DNA from: a virus
Lineage: Duplodnaviria > Caudoviricetes
Reading direction: 5' to 3' (one strand)
IMG/VR virus record: IMGVR_UViG_3300039305_000013
Coordinates: 1-37,424 of that record
DNA: 37,424 bases
A program made the position numbers and the translations under genes. Shown one piece after another: positions 28,692 to 37,121 of the stretch. The first letter of the stretch is position 1. Every line of letters begins with the position of its first letter. Under the pieces are notes generated by a model. That model was not told the DNA's origin and made no database searches. It saw nothing but the letters and a program-made list of their open reading frames with translations.

Positions 28692-28818
28692 CGGGTATCA
28701 GTTTGTCCACTTCCAGAACCCGGCCGCAGCGATCGCCGCGTCACAAGACCCAACGGCCGGACCGGCTATCGCCTCCAACAATCAGCAGTGCCGCCAAGAC
28801 GCGGCGTGTGCCGAATGA
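28600..28818 (+). CDS. Putative o-spanin lipoprotein (Rz1-like)
   Basis: Overlaps the Rz-like gene in another frame; signal peptide with lipobox IAGC. Confidence 0.6.
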   Translation: MRPSAIFLLASVAACSCAIAGCQRITAINGSGYQFVHFQNPAAAIAASQDPTAGPAIASNNQQCRQDAACAE

Positions 28819-28847
28819 AACGGATAAAGCTTTAGTCTGTGCAGATG

Positions 28848-28879
28848 GCGGGCCGCCAGTTGCCATATGGGCGGCCCGC
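28848..28879. terminator. Hairpin between convergent genes
   Basis: GCGGGCCGCC...GGCGGCCCGC perfect 10-bp inverted repeat. Confidence 0.6.
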
Positions 28880-28897
28880 AAGCCTAGGTATTCAGCA

Positions 28898-29722
28898 TTA
28901 TATGACGAAGATACTCGCTGTGGTGAGAGCGAGTCCCGCTGAAAGCGTTGCAAACTGGATTGCGGCGCCGCTACCACTTCCGTCTGCATCGTAGAAAAGT
29001 GCTCCCGTGCTGCTGTTGTAGATGATGTAGTCGTCACTATCTACAGCTGTGCCGGAAGAGTTACCTTGAAAGTAGGATGAACTTAGTTGCGCTTTGCCCC
29101 CAAGGTTCTGGAAAATGGCCTTGTCTAGACGAATAGTGTCCTGGCCGACTTTGAAGTCTGTAATAGTGTCAACATTTGTCTCGGCATTAAGAGCCGTATC
29201 GAAGACGAAGGCATCTTTATCAGCACCTCCGCTAAGAATGTCGTTGCCGGTGCCACCGAAAATAGTGTCGTTCCCCTCGTTCGCATACACTGTGTCATTC
29301 CCGTCGCCGAGGTAAACGATGTCTCGCGAGTATTTGAATTTGATAATATCATCTCCACCAGCCATATAAGCCGTATATCTGAGTATTACACTGCCAGAAT
29401 CAAGGTAAGCATCTTGAGCTTTGCTATTGATATTCGGGCTGGGTCCCCACCAAGTGAGCGAGCTGTCCGTTGTTGAGCTATCGTCATCATATAACTGGCA
29501 ATCATACATATAGCCGCCCGAGAAGCTTGTCCTGACTAAAGCCATTTCGGTGCTGGTCTGGTAGGTGCTCGTTGTGCTTTGGACGTATGTGAGCGGGTCG
29601 TATGCTGATAGAGGCAATAGCGACACCGTGCCCGTGGTACTCGTGAAATTGATGTACAATGCGTTATTGATAACCGTCATAGGGCCTGAGAAAACGCCCC
29701 CAATACTAGAGAAGAAACCCAT
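28898..29722 (-). CDS. RTX-like calcium-binding protein (moron)
   Basis: LGDGNDTVY/NEGNDTIF/GGTGNDILSGGADKD nonapeptides; DTITDF and GALFYDADGSG C-terminus; AGGAGG RBS; low GC. Confidence 0.85.
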   Translation of the reverse strand: MGFFSSIGGVFSGPMTVINNALYINFTSTTGTVSLLPLSAYDPLTYVQSTTSTYQTSTEMALVRTSFSGGYMYDCQLYDDDSSTTDSSLTWWGPSPNINSKAQDAYLDSGSVILRYTAYMAGGDDIIKFKYSRDIVYLGDGNDTVYANEGNDTIFGGTGNDILSGGADKDAFVFDTALNAETNVDTITDFKVGQDTIRLDKAIFQNLGGKAQLSSSYFQGNSSGTAVDSDDYIIYNSSTGALFYDADGSGSGAAIQFATLSAGLALTTASIFVI

Positions 29723-29914
29723 TTCATACCTCCTTTGAAGTTCGATAGATTGAACATCTAGAGAATTCAAAAGCGGGAATGCAAAAAACTCTGTAGGACT
29801 CGGTTAAAATTCAGTAAACTTTATAGGATTGTGCTGGGCGCAGGAGTAACTCTGCGGGCATCCTGTCGAGCTGCAGATGCGCGATGCGTTCTAAAATACA
29901 AGGAGAGTTACAAA

Positions 29915-30370
29915 ATGCAGCCTGCGCCATATATGGGCCCTGGTGTCTGGATCCGTATCCAGCACCGCTTCGGCCCGCGCATGATGGAGTGGTTCATGGC
30001 GCTCCACTTGATGGGCTGGGGCTATGTGCTGCTGCTTCCCGAGCGCGTCTTTGACCAGCCAACTTGGATCGGCTTCCGGCAGATATTCCAGGACGAAAAC
30101 CTCCTCGGCTGGGTGATGGCATTCCTCGGCGTGCTACGCATCGTGGGCCTGATCATCAACGGTGCGCGCAAGCACGTGACACCTATGATCCGACAAGTCT
30201 CCGCCGGCACCGGCTGCATGATCTGGGCCGGCATCACCTATTGCTACGCCTCATCTGGCATCGTTAGCACCTGGCTCGCCATATACCCGCTGTTTGCGGT
30301 CGGCGAACTCGTCAACATCCATCGTGCAGCGCATGACCAGGGGGAAGCTCGGAATGGATCAACTCGGTAA
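29915..30370 (+). CDS. Multi-TM membrane protein (candidate holin-like)
   Basis: About 4 hydrophobic segments; AAGGAG RBS; adjacent to the lysis genes. Confidence 0.55.
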   Translation: MQPAPYMGPGVWIRIQHRFGPRMMEWFMALHLMGWGYVLLLPERVFDQPTWIGFRQIFQDENLLGWVMAFLGVLRIVGLIINGARKHVTPMIRQVSAGTGCMIWAGITYCYASSGIVSTWLAIYPLFAVGELVNIHRAAHDQGEARNGSTR

Positions 30371-30683
30371 TCTCCCTCCGGCTGCTCTGATCCCCTTCGG
30401 TGCCGTTCTGGCTGTCATCTTCGCTGTTCGGTTCCTTGGTCTCTGGCAGGGAGAGCATCGGCCTCTAGCGAACAGTCAATCGGCAACCACCGTTGCGGCG
30501 GTCATTGTGGATCCAACCGCGCTCAATCGCCTTTCTGACGAGGCGGCGAAGCTTTCCGCTGCTTTAGACCGCCTGACCGAGATCGGCGAGCGCAAGGCAC
30601 GCAGCGAGGAGCACATGTCGATCGAGCTGGACAGGCTTCGTGAGGAGATGCGGATCCAGCGGGAAGTTGGCCGGCACCGGTAG
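30354..30683 (+). CDS. Single-TM coiled-coil protein (lysis-cassette associated?)
   Basis: Overlaps the previous gene; N-terminal TM segment then coiled coil. Confidence 0.55.
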   Translation: MDQLGNLPPAALIPFGAVLAVIFAVRFLGLWQGEHRPLANSQSATTVAAVIVDPTALNRLSDEAAKLSAALDRLTEIGERKARSEEHMSIELDRLREEMRIQREVGRHR

Positions 30684-30735
30684 AACCACTCGCCACCGGC
30701 TGCCCTATTCGATATGGTACAGATCGCTACCAGTT

Positions 30736-30760
30736 GGAACAACACAGGGTGCGGGCGCTT
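30736..30760 (+). promoter_or_regulatory. Candidate EcfG/RpoE2 promoter (GGAAC-N18-TT)
   Basis: GGAAC aacacagggtgcgggcgc TT, ending 9 nt upstream of the ATG at 30770. Confidence 0.4.
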
Positions 30761-30769
30761 AAAGTCACC

Positions 30770-31006
30770 ATGGAAACCTATTTCTTCCACGTCCGTCGCC
30801 AAGTCCACCGCATCCCCGACCTAGAGGGTAGCGAGCTCCCTGATGATGAGGCGGCGGTGTCGTATGCACGTGCCGCAGCACGTGAGCTTGCCCGAGACTC
30901 TCTGATGAGAAGTGAGGAGACCGGGGTAGGCGCTATCGATGTGGTCACTGCAAGCGGAAGGCAGGTAGCGTCGGTCTTCATCAACTCAACCATCCATCAG
31001 CGGTAG
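30770..31006 (+). CDS. DUF6894-like small protein
   Basis: YFFHV....D.EG.ELPD..AA...A...ARE pattern. Confidence 0.75.
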   Translation: METYFFHVRRQVHRIPDLEGSELPDDEAAVSYARAAARELARDSLMRSEETGVGAIDVVTASGRQVASVFINSTIHQR

Positions 31007-31201
31007 CATATACGACGACCAGCATCAGCTAAGCTCCGGCCGCTACGCCATACGTGCATTTTCCAAAAATTCCCTTGCAGTTGAAGAAGCTCCTAGCGGC
31101 GAACACAACTTTATGTTACAAAAGGTGATCGTTCGCACATCTTAAGGGCGCGGACGACTGAGAGACGCTCTTCTCTTGCCCCAATTGAAAGGGGCGATGT
31201 C

Positions 31202-31921
31202 ATGTCTCAGCCTCTTAAACTCCGCAATCACATTCTTTCCCGCCTTCCCGATGATGAAGCCGCTCGGGTGTTTGCCTCACTCGATCCGATCGAGCTGCCG
31301 TTGGGGTTCCTGATTGCAGCGCCGGGTCGGAAAGTGGACTACGTTTACTTCCTTGAAGAAGGCATCGGATCCGTTGTGGCTGTTTCCCCTGATGGTAATA
31401 AAGCCGAGGCGGGTATGTTCGGCTGGGAAGGATTTGCGCCTGTGTCAGTGATTGCCGGGGCTGACACCAGCCCGCATGAGGTGGTTGTTCAATCTCCAGG
31501 TCACGGCCATCGCATCGAGGTCGAGACACTTTACGAACTTTTGGAGCATTGCCAGGTGCTGCGGGATCTGCTCGTAAAATCGGCCCTGAGCCTTGCGGCG
31601 CAAGTCACGTATACGGCTCTGTCAAATGCAACTCACCAGGTAGATGAAAGGCTGGCTCGCTGGCTTCTCATGTGTCATGACCGAGTTGACGGCGACAGCC
31701 TGTCTATCACTCACGAATACATCTCGGTCATGTTAGCCGTTAGGCGTCCGAGTGTGACGACGTCTCTGCACGTCCTTGAGGGCAACCGCTTCATCAGGTC
31801 AGAGCGCAAGCTGGTCACGATCAGAAATCGTACAGCGATGGAAGAGTTCGCCCATGACGCGTATGGCAAGCCAGAAGAGGAACACAGGCGGTTGTTTGGT
31901 GAGAACCCTATGACTGCTTGA
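31202..31921 (+). CDS. Crp/Fnr family transcriptional regulator
   Basis: N.IL..LP, VYFLEEG..S, EAGMFGWEG, ERLARWLLMCHDR and HTH THEYISVMLAVRRPSVT motifs. Confidence 0.92.
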   Translation: MSQPLKLRNHILSRLPDDEAARVFASLDPIELPLGFLIAAPGRKVDYVYFLEEGIGSVVAVSPDGNKAEAGMFGWEGFAPVSVIAGADTSPHEVVVQSPGHGHRIEVETLYELLEHCQVLRDLLVKSALSLAAQVTYTALSNATHQVDERLARWLLMCHDRVDGDSLSITHEYISVMLAVRRPSVTTSLHVLEGNRFIRSERKLVTIRNRTAMEEFAHDAYGKPEEEHRRLFGENPMTA

Positions 31922-32189
31922 GAGCATTACCTAGCAAGCCGCGGAGCCGATCATAATTGGCTTCGATCTCCAGCGCGGCCTGCCGTGGCTGTTCACATAG
32001 CCCTGACAATTGCACCCGCTCCCGTCTGTCTCCTCCCCACTGCATATGCCAGTACCAGCGCATGCCCTCGGCGGCCCGGTACTTGTAGAAGCGGCCGATG
32101 ATCTCCTCTCCGTCCATGCCGACAAAATCATCCTCGATCTCCCCCCACGTCCTCTGCCACCGGTACTTGAGCTGGATCTCTTCACTCAT
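31908..32189 (-). CDS. Hypothetical protein
   Basis: ATGA-coupled to the upstream gene; KYRWQRTW...DF.G.DG..IGR.Y...W.W pattern. Confidence 0.7.
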   Translation of the reverse strand: MSEEIQLKYRWQRTWGEIEDDFVGMDGEEIIGRFYKYRAAEGMRWYWHMQWGGDRRERVQLSGLCEQPRQAALEIEANYDRLRGLLGNALKQS

Positions 32190-32434
32190 TCTGCCGGCCC
32201 GAAAGGCAGGACATTAGGCGCCTGGCCGTGGCAGTCGATCATGATCCGGCCGCCGTGGCGGAGCTGGAGCCTGATTGTCGGCCGGTACGTCTGCACGATG
32301 GCTTCGAAGGCTGCGCGCGCCGCTCGTATGTTGTCCGAGCCGCCGAGCTGTTCGATCATCTTCCCGTCTGGATCAACGGTCTCGAACATGAAGGTGAAGG
32401 GGTCCCTATCGGGATAGAAGCGGCTTTTTGCCAT
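32186..32434 (-). CDS. Hypothetical protein (LexA box upstream)
   Basis: GAGGA RBS; ARAAFEA....P...LRHG.R pattern. Confidence 0.7.
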   Translation of the reverse strand: MAKSRFYPDRDPFTFMFETVDPDGKMIEQLGGSDNIRAARAAFEAIVQTYRPTIRLQLRHGGRIMIDCHGQAPNVLPFGPAE

Positions 32435-32486
32435 GGGGCGTCCTCGCGTTGTTGCCCTGGATGATAGTCGCGCCGCCGCATGGCGC

Positions 32487-32501
32487 GTTCTCTGTGTGTT
32501 C
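32487..32501 (-). promoter_or_regulatory. Alphaproteobacterial LexA (SOS) box GTTC-N7-GTTC
   Basis: GTTC tctgtgt GTTC, a perfect match about 50 bp upstream of the 32434 start. Confidence 0.75.
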
Positions 32502-32544
32502 TAGTTCTCCGATTCCCGCAAGTATCAGTGTTCGCGATCACACC

Positions 32545-32560
32545 GTTAAGCTTGAGGTAA
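32545..32560 (+). promoter_or_regulatory. Candidate CtrA box
   Basis: GTTAA gcttgag GTAA, an 8/9 match to TTAA-N7-TTAAC on the reverse strand. Confidence 0.45.
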
Positions 32561-32583
32561 GGTTTGAGACGTAGCGTGCAGTT

Positions 32584-32684
32584 AGTAGGTCACATCGCTT
32601 CCGTGACCCGCTCACGCGGTTCGCAGCCCTCTCGCAGTCCGCTTGGCATCAAATCTGGCCCGCATTCGTGCAGGGCCTTTTTTT
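32584..32684 (+). ncRNA. Candidate small RNA (~100 nt)
   Basis: 5' hairpin GGTCAC-N9-GTGACC and a + strand intrinsic terminator, in an interval flanked only by minus-strand genes. Confidence 0.45.
32657..32684 (+). terminator. Rho-independent terminator
   Basis: GGCCCGCA-TTCG-TGCAGGGCC followed by T7. Confidence 0.75.
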
Positions 32685-32718
32685 GTTGAGTGTGGAGACT
32701 GCCGGCCCGATTCAGGGT

Positions 32719-32973
32719 TTATTCCCTGACACCGACACTTGCTTCCTCTGCGGCCTTCACTAGAGCTGCGCGCACGGCCTCAGGCGCCGCCTCATTGTTC
32801 ATGGCCTGCACGCATGTCTTCAGCGCCTGCTCGAAGGCTTCCCCATGATCTGGCGGCCATCGGTCTAGCAAGGTACGGGACGCCTCCTCGACAGTGTTGA
32901 TGACGCGGTATTTGCCGAGTCCATGCACGGCGAGTTGCACCGAGGGAAAAGAGCGAAGAGAGACCTTTTTCAT
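32719..32973 (-). CDS. DUF982-like protein
   Basis: I.TVEEA...LL..WP...G.....A...C and R.A..AAEEA patterns. Confidence 0.8.
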   Translation of the reverse strand: MKKVSLRSFPSVQLAVHGLGKYRVINTVEEASRTLLDRWPPDHGEAFEQALKTCVQAMNNEAAPEAVRAALVKAAEEASVGVRE

Positions 32974-33005
32974 GGCAACGTCCTTACGCGAAACACGTTG
33001 GAGTC

Positions 33006-33030
33006 AACAGCGCGACGGACGATTCGTTCC
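33006..33030 (-). promoter_or_regulatory. Candidate EcfG/RpoE2 promoter (GGAAC-N16-TGTT)
   Basis: The minus strand reads GGAAC gaatcgtccgtcgcgc TGTT upstream of the DUF982-like gene. Confidence 0.6.
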
Positions 33031-33071
33031 TGCGCGCTGACAGTGATCTGCAGTGTGTGGAGTAGCAGGCC

Positions 33072-33332
33072 ATGGAAACACGAGTTGAGGTTAAAGAAGG
33101 CCAACCAGTCGTAACAGACGGAGCCAATTTTCTACGTGTCCCACCGGGCTACAAGCTCTTGCGCGACTACGAGGCAAGGCAGGCCGAGCTAGACCACGAC
33201 ACCCTCTTTGAGATGCTGCTGGCTTTCCACGAGCTGCGCGACCTGGACATCGCCCAGGTTGACGAAATCGTAGACCGGGTTCTGAACATCTACGATGAGA
33301 GGCAAAGGCAAATCGAGTGCATCCAAGCTTGA
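33072..33332 (+). CDS. Hypothetical protein
   Basis: 86-aa ORF with GGAG upstream; no family recognised. Confidence 0.5.
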   Translation: METRVEVKEGQPVVTDGANFLRVPPGYKLLRDYEARQAELDHDTLFEMLLAFHELRDLDIAQVDEIVDRVLNIYDERQRQIECIQA

Positions 33333-33507
33333 ATCTATTTCCCGCCGGACTTGGAATGCCGGCTTGTAGCAGCATTACCTTCAAAGGGAGCTGTTTTGCT
33401 CGTCGCTGAACCGCGTCCTTCCGTGTGTACGCTCCAGTTTTCGGCCTTTCCGACCTTAGCTTCTGTTCGCTTGTGGCTTCCTTGTATTATTAATCTCGCG
33501 GACAAAC

Positions 33508-34443
33508 TTACATCGTCAGGCGCACATATTCCCCATCTGGGGCGCAGGTGGTCTTGGCGGTGTAGAAGAAGTCCTGACGTTCAAAGCCGCCGCCATCCTC
33601 CCATGCATGGTTCGACGTCTTATCGCACTCAAGGATGCTATCGAGCGGCGAAGACACATTCTTCGGAAGCTGCTTGCCGTCAACAAAAAGGTAATGACTG
33701 GTGCTAGGGTCGTCGGTGCGAAGGGTGAGGTTGTACTTCAAGTCTTTGGCTCTTGAGCTGCTGTTGCACGTCACCTTGGCGGCGCTGACAGACGCGCGCT
33801 TTCCTAGACCGCACCCGTCGTTCTTGATTTCCATCTGAAGGATAAGCTTCGAGTACTTGCCAAGGTTGATGTCGCCAGACGGCGAGACTGTCATCGTTCC
33901 CTGCCCACCATCCTGCTGAACAACCGGTTGATATTCGACCGTGCCGACAACTTGCTCGCTAGTGCTGCCGGGCCGGACGACCAGGATTGACACTTTCTTG
34001 TAATAGTAGCCCTGAGCCTTCGTGGGCTTAAATGTGACTGTTTTCGGCTTCAGCGGCGCTATTGCCTGCGATAGAACGCCGACCTTGGTAGTGCCCATGC
34101 CAGCCAACTTCATGAAGTGGCTGTCCGCCTGGCCGACGATAGCGACCTGAAGATTTTGTCCGTTCATCGCCACGCTATAACTCAAGCCCTTCGGCATGTT
34201 CCCATACCCCGTTAGGAACTTCCGAGCCATAGCCATCGCTGCTGCCTGATTGGTGCCATCGTAGATACCAGCTCCCGCGAGTGCGGCACTGTCTGCTACG
34301 TCTTGCATACGCGTGCGCGTCGCTAGAGCGGTGCTGAAATCGACAGCCATTCCAGCGACAAGCAGCAAAGGCATCATCAGGAAAGCGGTTGTCACAGCGA
34401 AGTTGCCGTCGCGGGACGTAATCAACTGGCAGAGTAGTTTCAT
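33508..34443 (-). CDS. TadG/TadE-like pilus assembly protein
   Basis: RDGNFAVTTAFLMMPLLLVAGMAVDF....R.RMQ..ADSAALAGA pseudopilin N-terminus. Confidence 0.85.
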   Translation of the reverse strand: MKLLCQLITSRDGNFAVTTAFLMMPLLLVAGMAVDFSTALATRTRMQDVADSAALAGAGIYDGTNQAAAMAMARKFLTGYGNMPKGLSYSVAMNGQNLQVAIVGQADSHFMKLAGMGTTKVGVLSQAIAPLKPKTVTFKPTKAQGYYYKKVSILVVRPGSTSEQVVGTVEYQPVVQQDGGQGTMTVSPSGDINLGKYSKLILQMEIKNDGCGLGKRASVSAAKVTCNSSSRAKDLKYNLTLRTDDPSTSHYLFVDGKQLPKNVSSPLDSILECDKTSNHAWEDGGGFERQDFFYTAKTTCAPDGEYVRLTM

Positions 34444-34680
34444 CGTACGAACTTCCATTATGGTCTGGAAGCAAAGCGCTGGAAACACGAACAGTTCGTT
34501 AGGCGCCGAGAGCAAGATGTTTCACCTGCTTGTGCTGAACTCACAGTGTGCACTTTAGTAACCATCTGTTGAAAGAGCAGCTATCCGCGCCACCCCATCC
34601 GCACGAAAGCAGCAGCGCTGTCGAAAGCCTCACCTGCAGCAGGGCAAGCCGCTCAAAGCAGCGCAGAAGGCTCAGCCTCG

Positions 34681-34824
34681 GGAGCCGGCACGGGTGGGGG
34701 CACTTCCGGGAAAGGTGGGCTTGGGCCTAAGGGCAGCCCAGGCAACGACGGCGGGTCCGGCGGCAAGGGCGGACCAGGAGGAAAGGGTGGGCCCGGCGGT
34801 AAAGGGGGGGAGCGGCAAGGGTGA
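34681..34824 (+). repeat. Low-complexity G-rich tract encoding GGKGGP repeats (gene remnant?)
   Basis: Reads GAGTGGGTSGKGGLGPKGSPGNDGGSGGKGGPGGKGGPGGKGG. No ATG/GTG after the upstream stop at 34570-34572. Confidence 0.5.
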
Positions 34825-34858
34825 AAAGAACAGGGAGCGATGAAACGGTCTGGGCTGC

Positions 34859-35530
<672 letters not shown>

Positions 35531-35593
35531 TCAAGGTGCTCTTCAGGCAACGCTCCTAAACCCTTAACCGAAGCGGAAAGCGTCCGACAACGC

Positions 35594-36085
35594 CTACTCT
35601 CCAGTCATTATCACTTCCACTGTCGCTCCGTTGCGAACCGAAACCGGCTCCATCAGCGATCCGCCTTGTGCGATATCTCCAGCCATCCATTGGACTTTGG
35701 TTGCCACGTAATAATCACCGTCAGCAACGCCAGTGAATTCAAATCGGCCTTCGCCATTGGCTTTTGTTTTCCTCATTGCCGCTTCATAGCCAGCAGGTGT
35801 CTCCGGCGCAGGCACGAAGTAGTTCATCTTCCCACCTCGGTATATCGCGTTCATTCGCTCAGTTGAGTACGTGGTCTTAGGTACCAGCCCCACTTCCGAA
35901 CCTGCTGCATAAACCACCATGCCATCGTTGCGTCGGAGGAAGGCTTGCCCCTTCACCGATCCTCGGCCTTGTTGATGGATGAATGCCGCCTCTGCCGGAT
36001 TGAAAGTCGTTGTCAGCTTAGGAGCCGCCACACATGCCGTCGCGCCAACTGCCAATGCAGTCAGAAGGATAGTTCTGATTTTCAT
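35594..36085 (-). CDS. Lipoprotein with a carboxypeptidase-regulatory-like beta-sandwich
   Basis: Lipobox ATAC; GQAFLR..G and A..EG.F.F..V..G.YY motifs. Confidence 0.75.
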   Translation of the reverse strand: MKIRTILLTALAVGATACVAAPKLTTTFNPAEAAFIHQQGRGSVKGQAFLRRNDGMVVYAAGSEVGLVPKTTYSTERMNAIYRGGKMNYFVPAPETPAGYEAAMRKTKANGEGRFEFTGVADGDYYVATKVQWMAGDIAQGGSLMEPVSVRNGATVEVIMTGE

Positions 36086-36168
36086 GCAACCCCCCAGTCC
36101 CTCGGAATTTCAGCAACGTGTCAGAGGCGAGTGGTTACTGCAATACGTTGCAATGCGGGTGCCGTAGT

Positions 36169-36423
36169 TCAAACATCACCGAAGAGGCGATCTCCAAATC
36201 GTCGCTTTGGTGGCAGACATTCCGACTGATTTGGATCCAACGACAGCAGCCACTCATCCAGTCTTTGCCGCAAGTATCTCCGGCCTCTAGAAGAGGTCGT
36301 AAGCTGTATCGGCTTCACCGGGGAAATCCGTAGGAACAAATCGACCGAAATCCCACAATAGGCTGCCGCCATCTTGAGGTTCATAGCTGCTGGCCAATAT
36401 GGGAGTTTCGGAAGATCAGCCAC
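36169..36423 (-). CDS. Excisionase-like winged-HTH protein
   Basis: GTG start after GGAG; WPAAM....AAAYCGIS..F and R.YLR..LDEWL motifs. Confidence 0.6.
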   Translation of the reverse strand: MADLPKLPYWPAAMNLKMAAAYCGISVDLFLRISPVKPIQLTTSSRGRRYLRQRLDEWLLSLDPNQSECLPPKRRFGDRLFGDV

Positions 36424-36472
36424 TGTAACTCCAAAAACGTTAGCTGGAATGCAGATCCCGCTTCAACCCAAA

Positions 36473-36649
36473 TCAAAGCGCGAAGTCGTCTGGTAAAGTT
36501 TGCTCCTTGGTTCCTGGATGCACGGGGTCATCCGGAGCCACGCGAATTAGCTTGCCATCTACCTCAACTTCGATGCGAACGCCTGTCTCCTTGGCAATTT
36601 TTGCCATCCTGCGCAGGTCGGCTTCTCGGATAAGTGCTAGTGCGCACAT
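36473..36649 (-). CDS. Small protein of the type often found just upstream of rhizobial prophage integrases
   Basis: GGAGG RBS; IREADLRRMAKIAKETGVRIEVE pattern (recognised from memory). Confidence 0.5.
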   Translation of the reverse strand: MCALALIREADLRRMAKIAKETGVRIEVEVDGKLIRVAPDDPVHPGTKEQTLPDDFAL

Positions 36650-36774
36650 TTGATTCCTCCGCCACGGCCGATGTTGATTGCTGCTGCTAGGTGGAGGCAA
36701 TTTTGTGCGGTAAGCAATTACCATGCGGAGATATCCCGGCAATTCACAGCCGGAGCTACGCCGGCACCGGCAGG

Positions 36775-37056
36775 CTAGTCACCATTGCGCCGGCGTTCCT
36801 GTATCTTCTGCCGGAACCTCTCGCCAATGCCTGAGGAGACCGCTGGCACCCCAAGGCCCATGGCCCGATCGAGATCGTCTCGGTACCAGAACTTTCGGCG
36901 GGTGCTGTCTACGACTCTGGGAGCGGGGTAGACGGTACCGACGCGCTCGAGGAAGTCCTCGACGTGCTTCTCTCCGCAATAGGCTGCGGCCATCTCAGCC
37001 ATCATCCGCGGCGGCCATGCTTCGGGTGGGAAGGTGACAGGTCGGCGCTTGCTCAT
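36775..37056 (-). CDS. Excisionase-like winged-HTH protein
   Basis: WPPRM.AEMAAAYCGE..VE.F...VG..YP.P and W.RDDLDRA motifs. Confidence 0.6.
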   Translation of the reverse strand: MSKRRPVTFPPEAWPPRMMAEMAAAYCGEKHVEDFLERVGTVYPAPRVVDSTRRKFWYRDDLDRAMGLGVPAVSSGIGERFRQKIQERRRNGD

Positions 37057-37121
37057 AATCTTCATCCTGGATGTACGGCGAGATCAACGGCCGGGGCGGT
37101 CCAATTCAGGCATCTCATTTG

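Noticed and set aside
34558-34572. Possible CtrA box upstream of the tadG-like gene (GTAA-N7-TTGA)
   Set aside because: Two mismatches and no convincing -10; too weak.
36139-36152. Inverted repeat TGCAA-TACG-TTGCA upstream of the lipoprotein, and palindrome CCTTGATCAAGG near 35525
   Set aside because: Single short palindromes; no recurrence noticed elsewhere in the window, so they could be chance.
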